From the IMG/VR virus record IMGVR_UViG_3300024999_000029, positions 285,051-349,050 of that record: 64,000 nt of DNA; one strand, given 5' to 3'. Each line of letters starts with the position of its first letter. The first letter of the stretch is position 1. Under the pieces are notes generated by a model. That model was not told the DNA's origin and searched no databases. It saw nothing but the letters and a program-made list of their open reading frames with translations. The position numbers were made by a program, and so were the translations under genes. Positions 1 to 9,586 of this stretch are shown here, in pieces.

Positions 1-1
1 T

Positions 2-181
2 AGCAAAGATGAAATTCGAGTTCGTCATATGAATCAAGCGCAGAATAAATCAAATAAGATTAAGATGCATGAAGAAAAAATTAGATTTAATGATTGGTTC
101 AAATGTTTTCAATGGCTTAAAAGTTCTCACGCATACAATACAAAACTTAAGAAAGATATTTTTGATTTGTTGAAAAAGTAA
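2..181 (+). CDS. 3' end of hypothetical protein (partial)
   Basis: Open frame 2 (SKDEIRVRHMNQAQNKS...DLLKK*) running in from the window edge; weak resemblance to 663..1016. Confidence 0.6.
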   Translation, partial: SKDEIRVRHMNQAQNKSNKIKMHEEKIRFNDWFKCFQWLKSSHAYNTKLKKDIFDLLKK

Positions 182-213
182 GATTAAAAATATAAAAGTA
201 TAATAACATTCTC

Positions 214-242
214 TTGACATATTGGTATTTTTTATGATATAT
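214..242 (+). promoter_or_regulatory. sigma70/sigA-type promoter of Agr-like cassette
   Basis: TTGACA at 214 followed by a TATGAT/TGATAT -10-like box upstream of the ORF at 275. Confidence 0.55.
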
Positions 243-274
243 TTAAAATAAAAATATGTCGGGAGAATCTAGAG

Positions 275-700
275 ATGAGAAAAATCAAATTTAGCAAATG
301 GTCAATGTTGACATTAGTTGCTGTAGGAATTGTTACATGTAGTTTATTATATTATTCTGTAGTTTTCATTAAAGATAGACAATTAGAATTTATTAGTACT
401 GATGGATTTAAGCTTCTTGGAATGATATTTCTAATTTTTTGGATTTTATTATTTTGCACTATACTTGTTTTTAAAAATTATGAATTATTGAAAAGGGTAT
501 TTGTTTTAACAGAAAAAAACAATGAATTAATCCAAGAAAATAATAATTTATTGAAACAAGTAATAGCACATAATAACAACCACGTACAACAATGCGAATA
601 TCAATATGACAACATCGTTCGCTCCAATATGGAAGTTAAAGAAATGATAGTAGATTCATCTATTGATTATCGGAGGACGAACGATGTTGTTGAGAAATAA
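275..700 (+). CDS. membrane protein (2 TM + coiled coil)
   Basis: Two hydrophobic helices, then an N/E/L-rich heptad region. Confidence 0.7.
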   Translation: MRKIKFSKWSMLTLVAVGIVTCSLLYYSVVFIKDRQLEFISTDGFKLLGMIFLIFWILLFCTILVFKNYELLKRVFVLTEKNNELIQENNNLLKQVIAHNNNHVQQCEYQYDNIVRSNMEVKEMIVDSSIDYRRTNDVVEK

Positions 701-1016
701 GATTAATTGGATTGATACTAATTCATTCAAAAAGAATGAAGGATATATCAATAAACTTTTAAAATTTTATAAGTTTGAAGAGAATAAAGATTATAAATTA
801 ATATATAATGGTTATGGAGACTATGATTTACTTATAACTTGGAATAGAAAAACTTATAAAATTCAGATAGATGAAGAATCTCAATGTTATAATTTGCTTG
901 CTAGAAATGAAGCAAATAATATTAAAAAAAAAGAAAGATACCATTTTTTAGAATCTTTTCACGGAGATGATTTAATTTTAAAAATTATAAAACATATTAA
1001 AAGTCGAGAGGTTTAA
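663..1016 (+). CDS. hypothetical protein, paralog of 18745..19017 (likely start 684)
   Basis: GGAGG RBS before ATG 684; aligns by eye with the 18745 ORF. Confidence 0.7.
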   Translation: MIIGGRTMLLRNKINWIDTNSFKKNEGYINKLLKFYKFEENKDYKLIYNGYGDYDLLITWNRKTYKIQIDEESQCYNLLARNEANNIKKKERYHFLESFHGDDLILKIIKHIKSREV

Positions 1017-1017
1017 A

Positions 1018-1464
1018 ATGGAAACAATAATTAAAGAATTTGTATTATTTAATTTAATAGAAAATTTATTTATTGTTTTATTTTTCTTGATGTTTAATAA
1101 AATTAAAGAAAACCCAATGATTATAATAGTTCATGTGTTTATGTTAAGTTCCCTTAATACAATTTTAAAAGTATTGTTTTCAGGTTCTATATTAATGCAA
1201 TTATTTGGAATAATAGTTATTATAATATATTTTACAAGTATATATCATGTTAAAATTTCACATAGCATAATAACCGTTATAATTTCATTTTCTATTTTAT
1301 TAGTATCAGAGGCAATCATAGTAATATTTTATTTAAATATTACTATGATTGATATGTCAAAAATGTCAAATGATTTTAATAAGTTTTTATGGTTTATTCC
1401 AATTAGAATTTTGGAATATATTTCATTATATATTTTGTACTTAATAAAAAATAAAATGAGGTGA
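1018..1464 (+). CDS. polytopic membrane protein resembling an AgrC/VirS sensor domain, no kinase domain
   Basis: 4-5 TM helices next to agrB; no HisKA/HATPase motifs. Confidence 0.55.
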   Translation: METIIKEFVLFNLIENLFIVLFFLMFNKIKENPMIIIVHVFMLSSLNTILKVLFSGSILMQLFGIIVIIIYFTSIYHVKISHSIITVIISFSILLVSEAIIVIFYLNITMIDMSKMSNDFNKFLWFIPIRILEYISLYILYLIKNKMR

Positions 1465-1469
1465 TATTA

Positions 1470-1520
1470 ATGATGATTAGCACTGAGAAATGGTGGTTTG
1501 GAGATATTAAAAGAAGGTAA
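1470..1520 (+). CDS. 16-aa peptide MMISTEKWWFGDIKRR, candidate AgrD-like precursor
   Basis: GAGGTG RBS at 1458-1463; lies between the sensor-like gene and agrB; S/T then WWF core and charged tail. Confidence 0.5.
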   Translation: MMISTEKWWFGDIKRR

Positions 1521-1537
1521 TTTAAAAACACATTTAC

Positions 1538-1568
1538 TAGGAGTAGATAAAAATCTACTCCTTTTTTG
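1538..1568 (+). terminator. intrinsic terminator after peptide ORF
   Basis: aggagtagat-aaaa-atctactcct + T tract. Confidence 0.75.
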
Positions 1569-1598
1569 TGTTCAATTTTATTTTAAGGATGATGGTAT

Positions 1599-2168
1599 TT
1601 GTTAGATAATATATCAGAAAAGTTTATAAATTGGCTTATAAAAATAAAAATTCTTAAGCAAGAACAATACTCAGATTGGGATTATTGGTTTAGGATTTTT
1701 TTATTTAATTCTATAGTTGTTTTTTCTTTATTAACAATAAATATATTGTTAGGCAGTTGGATTCAGTTAATTATAATTAGTATAGTAGTAAATGTTTTAC
1801 GAATGTATAGTGGAGGTTTCCATGCTCCACAAGGTAAATTAGAATATTGTGTTCTGTTAACAATTCCCTTAGTTACAATTGCATCTTTCATTGCAAAGTA
1901 TCTTCAATTATATCCATTGCAATTATTCATGGTTGCAGTTTTTTTAGGTATTCTTATAATCAGAAAAATTCCATTAATATCAGAAGAAGAAAAAGAAAAT
2001 AAGTCAGATAAATATTTTAGAGATAAATATATTTATAATTTTTTAATATTTTACAGTATTAGTTGTTTGGCAATAATGATAGATTCAAATATATGCAATA
2101 TTATTTCAAGCGCAATAAGCATGGGAATTATATTAGTTGCATTAGCAATGAAAAGTTCAACAAAATAA
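1599..2168 (+). CDS. agrB: AgrB-family peptide-processing membrane protease
   Basis: LRMYSGGFHA...EYC matches the AgrB LR..(A/S)GG.HA...C His/Cys motif; 189 aa, multi-TM. Confidence 0.8.
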   Translation: MLDNISEKFINWLIKIKILKQEQYSDWDYWFRIFLFNSIVVFSLLTINILLGSWIQLIIISIVVNVLRMYSGGFHAPQGKLEYCVLLTIPLVTIASFIAKYLQLYPLQLFMVAVFLGILIIRKIPLISEEEKENKSDKYFRDKYIYNFLIFYSISCLAIMIDSNICNIISSAISMGIILVALAMKSSTK

Positions 2169-2298
2169 AAGTATGATTTTATGGGAAGAAAAGAAAAATC
2201 TTCCCTTATACCTCTCAAATAATTAAAGAAAGGAATGAAATAAAGATACGTTTTTAATTATAGAAACGTATTAATTTAAATTGAGAGGATGATAAAAA

Positions 2299-2634
2299 AT
2301 GGGTAATTTCCATGCAGGAACGCATTATTGTGGTGCAATTCTTAAATCAACAGATAATTATATTTATGACCCAGTTACAAATCAAATAACTACTGGTGTA
2401 AATAGTCAAATTTTTTACTTAGAAGACCCAAGAACTGGTGAGACAACTATTGCAAGGGTATTTCTTTTTACTCCAATCGGGAGCGATATAAATTTCGATC
2501 TAAACAATAATTCAAATAGTAGACTTAAATGCCAAGATAGTATACCTAACGGAATCGAAAATGAAATGTTTTTAAGTTCATTTAAAGTTGGTAGTTTGGC
2601 AAACAGTATATTTGAATTCTATTGTGTCGTTTAG
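2299..2634 (+). CDS. hypothetical protein
   Basis: ORF with RBS GAGAGGA. Confidence 0.65.
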   Translation: MGNFHAGTHYCGAILKSTDNYIYDPVTNQITTGVNSQIFYLEDPRTGETTIARVFLFTPIGSDINFDLNNNSNSRLKCQDSIPNGIENEMFLSSFKVGSLANSIFEFYCVV

Positions 2635-2652
2635 AAAGGAGAAGTGAAATAA

Positions 2653-5388
2653 ATGCCTTATATTGGTACAAAATATGGAAGTGGAAGTAGTGGTAGTTCT
2701 TCTTCAAATACTTCAACAACTTATATATCTTCAGGTACAAAAATAGCTCCAACAATTACATATAACAATGGTTTAGGAACAGTTACTATAGGTGATGGAA
2801 CATATAGACTTTTTCATACTACAAATTATACAGGAGTTATATCTGAACATGTTATATCTGGTGCAACTTTCCCTATAACAGAACATATCACAACTTATAT
2901 TTGTTCTGATTATAATAGTGGAACTCCTATAATTCGTACGATTACAGATTCATCTCAATTTAATTGGTCTAATATATGTCCTATTTATACAGTAACCAGA
3001 GATGGAGATAACTTATCTTGGGTCGATTGGGACTCGCCCAGCAATGGTTTACCTAACAAGATTCATGATCGTTTAATACGTACTGATAGATTTTCAAGAG
3101 AATCTGGATTAAGCATTGGAGAATCTAGTGTTCCAATAGCACATACTATAATTGTATCGGCAGGTACAATTTGGCAAGGTGTTTATAAAAACTCAATGGA
3201 TTCAGTTGATTCATCTATTGATATAGTTAAAATGCTATATACTGATGGTACTGGAAATTGGATTGATAGTTTTATAACTCAATATAATAACACACAATAT
3301 GATACAGGATTGGGATTAGCTACTCTTACAGATGGTAATTATGCAGTAAATTGGATATTTAGAATGATAGGTAATACTAAAGAAATTACTGTATTTTTGG
3401 GTGATGGGGATTTTGATTTAAATACAGCAAAAGCGTCTCAATTGCCTAATAATATTCCTGCATCAATGTCTACTAATGGTATGCTTATAGGTCGTATTAT
3501 TGTTCTAAAAGGTGCGGATACAGCAACTCAAATAGATAGTGCATTTGTAACAAAGTTCGCTGCTAGTACTGTAACAAGTCATAGTGGATTGACAGAAATT
3601 GAAGGTGGAGATGCACTTGTAGGACACTATTATCATTCAGATCAAGAAATTAATACTGATGATGATGTTGAATTTGCTTCAGTAACAACAAATGATTATA
3701 GAAGTTTGGCTGATGATTTACATTTAAACGCAGATGTTGGCTATGATATTATGGTTCATGACAATATTATTCCTTCTTTAAACAATTCTAAAACATTGGG
3801 TGAATCAGGCTTAGTGTATGCTGAAACATTTACACGAAAAGTAACTTCTGATGATGATTTATCATTAGATGCTTTAACTGGTAAAAATATTGTAATTAAG
3901 AAAAGTGTTTTACCAGATTTGACAAATACTCACAGTATAGGTTCTTCCACAAAAGTTATTAAAGAAGTTTTTACAGAGAAGGTTACTTCTGATGTTGATT
4001 TAATATTAGGTTCAGCTATTGGTTCTGATATTATTTTAAGAAATGGCAATGTGGATGCTGGAATAATTACAGAAACAGGCAATTGGGGAATTGGCAATAT
4101 TAATCCTACTAAAAAACTTGAAATAACTGGTGATGTATTAATTGATGGTGACTTGAGTGTTGATGGAACGGTTACACAGGTAGACGTTGTTAATCTTGAC
4201 GTTACAAATAAAAATATAAACTTAGCTGTAACAGATACTCCTACAGATGCACTAGCAAATGGTGGAGGTATTGTTTTAAAAGGAACAACCGATAAAACTA
4301 TATTATGGGATAATTCTAATGTTGAATGGGATATTTCTGATGGATTAGATGTTGATGGCATAGTTAAAGCAAATGGAACTACTAGTGATGGTAGTACTAA
4401 TATATTTATTGGTAAAGATTCTCTTGGCGCTGATGTATTTAAAGTAGATACTGATGGTAAAGTTACTGCTTCGGTCATTTCACCATCAATAGATAGTACA
4501 ACAGGTGTACAAATAACCAAAGCTGATAAAATAACGCCAATCATTAATGTTGATACTACTAATGAAAGAGTAGAGATCAAAGGTGCTTCTGCTTATGGTA
4601 TAACACAGTTTATTGGGAATGGATTAGACGCAGAATCTTCAATTGGCTTTAAGGATTCTACTGATATAAATGATGAAGCTTGGGTTATTGGTAAGAATGT
4701 AGGTTTGAGTAATACAACAGGCAGATTTGGTATATTTTATTTAAATGGTGAAAAATTAGTTATTACAACTGATGGGAATATTGGAGTGGGAATTGGAGAG
4801 CCTGATGACAGTGCAATTTTAGATTTAACGAGTACAAGTAAAGGATTTCTTTGTCCTAGAGTAACCAAAGCTCAACGACTGTTAATAACTCCGGTTGAAG
4901 GATTAGAAGTATTTGATACTACCGATAGTGGAAAATATTGTTATTCCTCAGGCAGATGGATACAAATAAGTGGTTTAGCTCAACTTACGGTTTATAAAAC
5001 TGTAGATGCTTTCATTCCAGATAATACCGATATCCCATTCGTAACTGAAATTAACTACAATATGGGAACAGTTACGTCCCCTTCAATTCCACTTAAAGCA
5101 AATAAGACCTACCGTGTCCATGCATACGTGCAAATAGATGGGGATGGTGCCGCCGCTGGTGCAAGGTTTGCATTTGTAAACTCTTCCGATAACAGTGCTA
5201 TCAGTGGTTTAAAACAAGGGTTAGTTTACACAACTACAACTACTGGACATGCTAGTTCACAACCAGTAGTAGGAGGATTGTATAGACCTACGAGTGATAT
5301 ATCAATAAAGCTAAGAGTTATATCAAGTTCTGGTACACCTAAGTTAAAGTACGATACATTCCGAATTGAGATCCAGCAAATAGACTAA
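2653..5388 (+). CDS. large beta-rich virion/tail-fibre-like protein
   Basis: 911 aa, G/T/S/D-rich, GNWGIG/GNIGVG repeats, SAILDLTSTSKGFLCPR motif seen in fibre-like proteins. Confidence 0.6.
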   Translation: MPYIGTKYGSGSSGSSSSNTSTTYISSGTKIAPTITYNNGLGTVTIGDGTYRLFHTTNYTGVISEHVISGATFPITEHITTYICSDYNSGTPIIRTITDSSQFNWSNICPIYTVTRDGDNLSWVDWDSPSNGLPNKIHDRLIRTDRFSRESGLSIGESSVPIAHTIIVSAGTIWQGVYKNSMDSVDSSIDIVKMLYTDGTGNWIDSFITQYNNTQYDTGLGLATLTDGNYAVNWIFRMIGNTKEITVFLGDGDFDLNTAKASQLPNNIPASMSTNGMLIGRIIVLKGADTATQIDSAFVTKFAASTVTSHSGLTEIEGGDALVGHYYHSDQEINTDDDVEFASVTTNDYRSLADDLHLNADVGYDIMVHDNIIPSLNNSKTLGESGLVYAETFTRKVTSDDDLSLDALTGKNIVIKKSVLPDLTNTHSIGSSTKVIKEVFTEKVTSDVDLILGSAIGSDIILRNGNVDAGIITETGNWGIGNINPTKKLEITGDVLIDGDLSVDGTVTQVDVVNLDVTNKNINLAVTDTPTDALANGGGIVLKGTTDKTILWDNSNVEWDISDGLDVDGIVKANGTTSDGSTNIFIGKDSLGADVFKVDTDGKVTASVISPSIDSTTGVQITKADKITPIINVDTTNERVEIKGASAYGITQFIGNGLDAESSIGFKDSTDINDEAWVIGKNVGLSNTTGRFGIFYLNGEKLVITTDGNIGVGIGEPDDSAILDLTSTSKGFLCPRVTKAQRLLITPVEGLEVFDTTDSGKYCYSSGRWIQISGLAQLTVYKTVDAFIPDNTDIPFVTEINYNMGTVTSPSIPLKANKTYRVHAYVQIDGDGAAAGARFAFVNSSDNSAISGLKQGLVYTTTTTGHASSQPVVGGLYRPTSDISIKLRVISSSGTPKLKYDTFRIEIQQID

Positions 5389-5649
5389 GTAAATAACGCA
5401 ATATCATAAAACCCGATAAAACATTCGATTTATGTTAATTTTGTACTAGAAAAACGAAGTATGAGTGAGTATTAATAAGATTGAAAGAGTTACAATATTT
5501 TACAAATATAAAGAAGAGTCGGAAATGGCTCTTCTTTTAAATTTACAATAAATGCATATGCATTTTACATATAGCGAATAGGAAGATGATTATTATTTTG
5601 AGTCTTCCTATTCTATTTAATTTAAATTATTGAATGGAGGATTTTTAGA

Positions 5650-6228
5650 ATGATTAATTTTAAACAAGTAAAACCAATTGAGGTTGAGTTTCAAGGAGAA
5701 AAGATAGAAGTAAATCAGTATATAAAATTTAAAGATAAACAGGTTTTTGTAGATTTATGCGTTAATGATTATTTTATTATGGATGAAAATGGTAAAACAA
5801 CTGGAACTTCTGATTTTGATAAAGATTTAACATACTTTTATTGTATTATGCATTATTTCACAAATCTAGAAATTCCAGAAAAAGATTTAATTTCAGATGT
5901 TTATGATAATATTGTTGGAAGTGGATTGTTTGATTTGATTTGCAAAACAATACCATCAGATATAAAAGCGGATATTGACAATAAGATTTATAATAGTATT
6001 TATAATGCTGAAATAAAATTAGAAGAAGAAATGAAAAAAGAAAATAGTATTCAAAATATAATTGTTAATACTATTCAAGGGTTAATGGAGCGAATTCCGA
6101 ACGAAAAGGAAATTGGGAAGCTAATAAAAAAAGCAAAGAAAGAATTTGAAAATTTTAATCCTGAAAAGCTAAAAGTGGTTAAGGATTTATATGATTTTTC
6201 CAATGGCAAAAGTGAAAAATCTGAGTAA
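5650..6228 (+). CDS. hypothetical protein (tail region)
   Basis: ORF with GGAGG RBS upstream of the tape measure region. Confidence 0.65.
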   Translation: MINFKQVKPIEVEFQGEKIEVNQYIKFKDKQVFVDLCVNDYFIMDENGKTTGTSDFDKDLTYFYCIMHYFTNLEIPEKDLISDVYDNIVGSGLFDLICKTIPSDIKADIDNKIYNSIYNAEIKLEEEMKKENSIQNIIVNTIQGLMERIPNEKEIGKLIKKAKKEFENFNPEKLKVVKDLYDFSNGKSEKSE

Positions 6229-6304
6229 AATATCGGTTTTGTTGAAATTCTAGCCTTAGAGTCGCAATGGTTCTGAGGCTTAATATTTAAGGGAGTGATG
6301 AATT

Positions 6305-6814
6305 TTGCCTTCTTTTAGGTCGTTGGACGAACTAAATAAACATTTAAGTAAAACTAATGGTTCTAGAGTGAATTTGTCTAATGGAATGAGTGTAATGAAG
6401 TTAATGAAACAAGAAGGAAAAAGACTATATGATATTATACAAAAACATATTAATACTTATTATGCTTCATATGATCCCGTTTACTACGAAAGAACCTATC
6501 AATTTATGAAATCGCTTAGGATTGAACCAGTTAAATTATCTGGTAATATAGCAAGTGTTAAAATATATTTTGACGAAGATTTAGCGACTCATCATTCAAT
6601 AATGGGAGGAAAAGATGGGTATCTTCCTATCTTGCTCAATGAAGGTTGGCAGTGGAAAAATGGGGATAAATCAAGATATCATATGAGTTTTTATCCTGGT
6701 TATCATTTTATAGAAAAAGCAATTAAAGAATATAATTCAAGCAATCCTTATGGTTTTAAAATAATTGTCCATAAAGAATGGAATGGCAATATGATTGAAC
6801 ACAAGGAATATTAA
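6305..6814 (+). CDS. hypothetical phage structural-region protein
   Basis: YDPVYYERT motif recurrent in large Firmicutes phages; position. Confidence 0.6.
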   Translation: MPSFRSLDELNKHLSKTNGSRVNLSNGMSVMKLMKQEGKRLYDIIQKHINTYYASYDPVYYERTYQFMKSLRIEPVKLSGNIASVKIYFDEDLATHHSIMGGKDGYLPILLNEGWQWKNGDKSRYHMSFYPGYHFIEKAIKEYNSSNPYGFKIIVHKEWNGNMIEHKEY

Positions 6815-6896
6815 TAAATGAGGTTGAAATATGCCTCATTTTTGTTTTGAAAATTATTATTTTATATAGATATAAAATATAAAAGGCGGTGACTGA

Positions 6897-7901
6897 ATGA
6901 GTAAAATAACTAGAGTTAAATACTTTACTGAAGATAGAAAATCTAAAATAAATCCTGATAATCTAAAATTATATGATAGGTATTTAAAGTCAAGTATTTT
7001 GAAAAATAAAGATGTCGAAACTACTACATATAAAGTTTATAAAAATTATATGGATATGTTTTTAGTTTATTTGTCTGAGCAATGGGATAATGTTGGTCTA
7101 TATGATCCAGAATTATTTAAAAACTCCATAGATGTAATCGAAGGATATATGGGTTTTTGTCAGGAAGTTTTACATAATAATAAGAAAGTAATTAACACGA
7201 AGGTATCAACGATATCTTCTTTTTATTTATGGTCATTAAAACGTAGATTAATTGATAGACATCCTTTCGATAAACAAGTAGATAGAATGAAAGGCGCTTC
7301 TGATGAGAAAATAATTAATTCTTACTTTCTAAATGATGAAGAAATAGAAAAAGTTTCTCAAGGAATAACTGAAGAAAATGGCTACGATATTATTGATAAA
7401 TTGCTTTGGAATATTATGCTTGATTCCGCAAACAGAATAGGAGCAATCGACAACTTAAAACTATCTAATTTAGACATAGAAAACTGTATGTTTACTGACA
7501 TAAGAGAAAAAAGAGGATATAGAGTTGAAGTTGTAGTATCTGAGCCAACCATGCAATTAATTGAGGAGTGGTTAGAAAAAAGAAAATCTATGGATAATTT
7601 AGAGGTAGATGCTTTATTTATCAGTAATTATGGTGGTGAGTATAGACAAATGACAAAATCTACACTCCAAAATCGAATTAAAAACATAGGTAAGATATTA
7701 GGTTTGGAAGATTTTCATAGTCACTGTATTAGGAAAACTACTTTGAATAATATTTATGACAAGACTGGGGATTTATCTTTAGCTGCCGAAATGGGAAATC
7801 ATAAATCTACTGAAACTACTAGGAGTAGTTACATAAAGCCTAAATCAAAAACAGAGATTAGAGACAAAATTAAAGAATTAATGGATAAAAAGAAAGAATA
7901 A
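6897..7901 (+). CDS. tyrosine recombinase (phage integrase family)
   Basis: Catalytic set R (ANRIG), HxxR (HCIRK), H (GNHKS), Y (SSYIK). Confidence 0.9.
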   Translation: MSKITRVKYFTEDRKSKINPDNLKLYDRYLKSSILKNKDVETTTYKVYKNYMDMFLVYLSEQWDNVGLYDPELFKNSIDVIEGYMGFCQEVLHNNKKVINTKVSTISSFYLWSLKRRLIDRHPFDKQVDRMKGASDEKIINSYFLNDEEIEKVSQGITEENGYDIIDKLLWNIMLDSANRIGAIDNLKLSNLDIENCMFTDIREKRGYRVEVVVSEPTMQLIEEWLEKRKSMDNLEVDALFISNYGGEYRQMTKSTLQNRIKNIGKILGLEDFHSHCIRKTTLNNIYDKTGDLSLAAEMGNHKSTETTRSSYIKPKSKTEIRDKIKELMDKKKE

Positions 7902-8006
7902 AATAAAACCCTTATTTTAATCATACCGCTTTTTGTTTTAATAAATTAAAAATATAAACATCTGAGGCAACTAGCCTCTTTTTATTTTCCTGAAAGGAGG
8001 ATATAT

Positions 8007-9586
8007 ATGGCAAATGACCTTTCTATAATATTAAAGTCAAAATTAGACCAATCAGCAAAGGCTGTTGGAGATTTAAACAAGCAAATAAAAGAAATTGAAT
8101 CTAAATTAAAAGAAATAAAATTAAAAGTTAATTTTGATAGTAAAAATATAAATTCTAATGTAAAAAGTAAAATGAAAGATGTTGAAACTACTGTTAAAAA
8201 TACATCAAAAAAAATAAAAATATTTGACGAAAATCAACTCAATAAAGATTTTATCGGTGTAAAAGATATCGTTAATAGAATCCAAAAAACCTTTAGTAAA
8301 TTAGGAGATACAAAAATTGCTATAGGTAAAAACGCAAAAGGTGAAATACAATCAGTAACAGCAGAAGTTACAAAAGCTAATGGTGTAATTGAAAAATTTA
8401 AATATAATTTAGGTGAAATACAAAAGGGTGGAAGGAAATATGCTGGTTTTGTATCTGGTGGTTCTAAAGTTACTGATAATACTGCTCAAATTGCAGAAAG
8501 ACAATTACAAGCAGCTCAAAAGACAAATTCAGCAATTGAAAAACAGAATCAATCAAGAATACGCGCAGAAAATAAAATAAATGAAATACAAGAGAGAAAT
8601 CTTAGGAATAGAGAAGCAAGAGAGGCACAAGCAACACAGAGAGAGTCACAAAGAAGACAAAGACTTGAATCTTCAACTAACGAAAGATGGCAGAGAAATT
8701 TAATACAAAGAGAAGCAAGAGAAGCACAAGTAGCTAGAAGAACGGCTCAAGTTGCAACTAATACTTCAAATCAACTAGGACTTTTTCAACAGCAGCAAAA
8801 TCTTAGAGCAACGTCACTCACTGGTGGTGCGGCTGGGAGATTTGTTGATAATACTGCATTAGAGCAATTTAGAAGAAGTGTTGCATCTCTAACACGAGAT
8901 ACGCCTAATCTTAGAAATAGAATGGCAGAATTGAGATTGGAATTTCAAAGAATTAATTCTTCCGCACAAAACGCTAGTAGAAGTTCTTTAAATCTTGGAG
9001 AATCTATTAGACAGGCCGCAATAAAATTCCCCCTCTGGATGGGCATAGCGACTGTCTTTATGCAAATAACAAATCAAGTAAGAGATTCTATTAAGTATAT
9101 ATATGATATGGATACCGCTCTTACTGAATTATCTAAGGTTACTGATTTTAGTGCAGAAAGATTGGATAATATGCGTCAATCTGCATTGGAACTTGGAAAG
9201 CAACTTGGTCATAGTTCTGTTGATGTCATGAAATCTATGGCTGAATTTGGTAGAGTAACTAAAGATCCAGAGGCAATAAAACAACTTGCTAAAACAGCAA
9301 CAATGGCTTCAAATGTTACTTCTATGACAGCTCAAGAAGCAGCCAAAGCTTTAAATTCTACAATGATTTCTTTTAAAATGAACGCAACTGATAGTATGAA
9401 GATATTAGATCAGTGGAATGAGATCCAAAATAATTTTCGTGTAAGTGCTGAAGATTTGGCAGATTCAATTGGGAAAGTAGGAGCAGCAGCAGGGCAAGCA
9501 GGAGTTAAAATTGAAGAATTAGAAGGATATACGGCAGCAATTGTATCAGCAACAGGCATTACAGGTTCGGAAAGTGGAACAGCCCT
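8007..9586 (+). CDS. tail tape measure protein, exon 1
   Basis: TP901-type TMP motifs (DTALTELSKVT, ILDQWNEIQNNF, ESGTALK); joins exon 2 in frame as CT|T AAA TCC; spliced product about 1673 aa. Confidence 0.85.

Noticed and set aside
3930-4580. Antisense ORFs in the track (e.g. 3930, 9410, 11094, 14848, 20055, 22650, 27889, 34806, 48990, 52148)
   Set aside because: Shadows of well-supported genes on the opposite strand, with no RBS or motifs noticed
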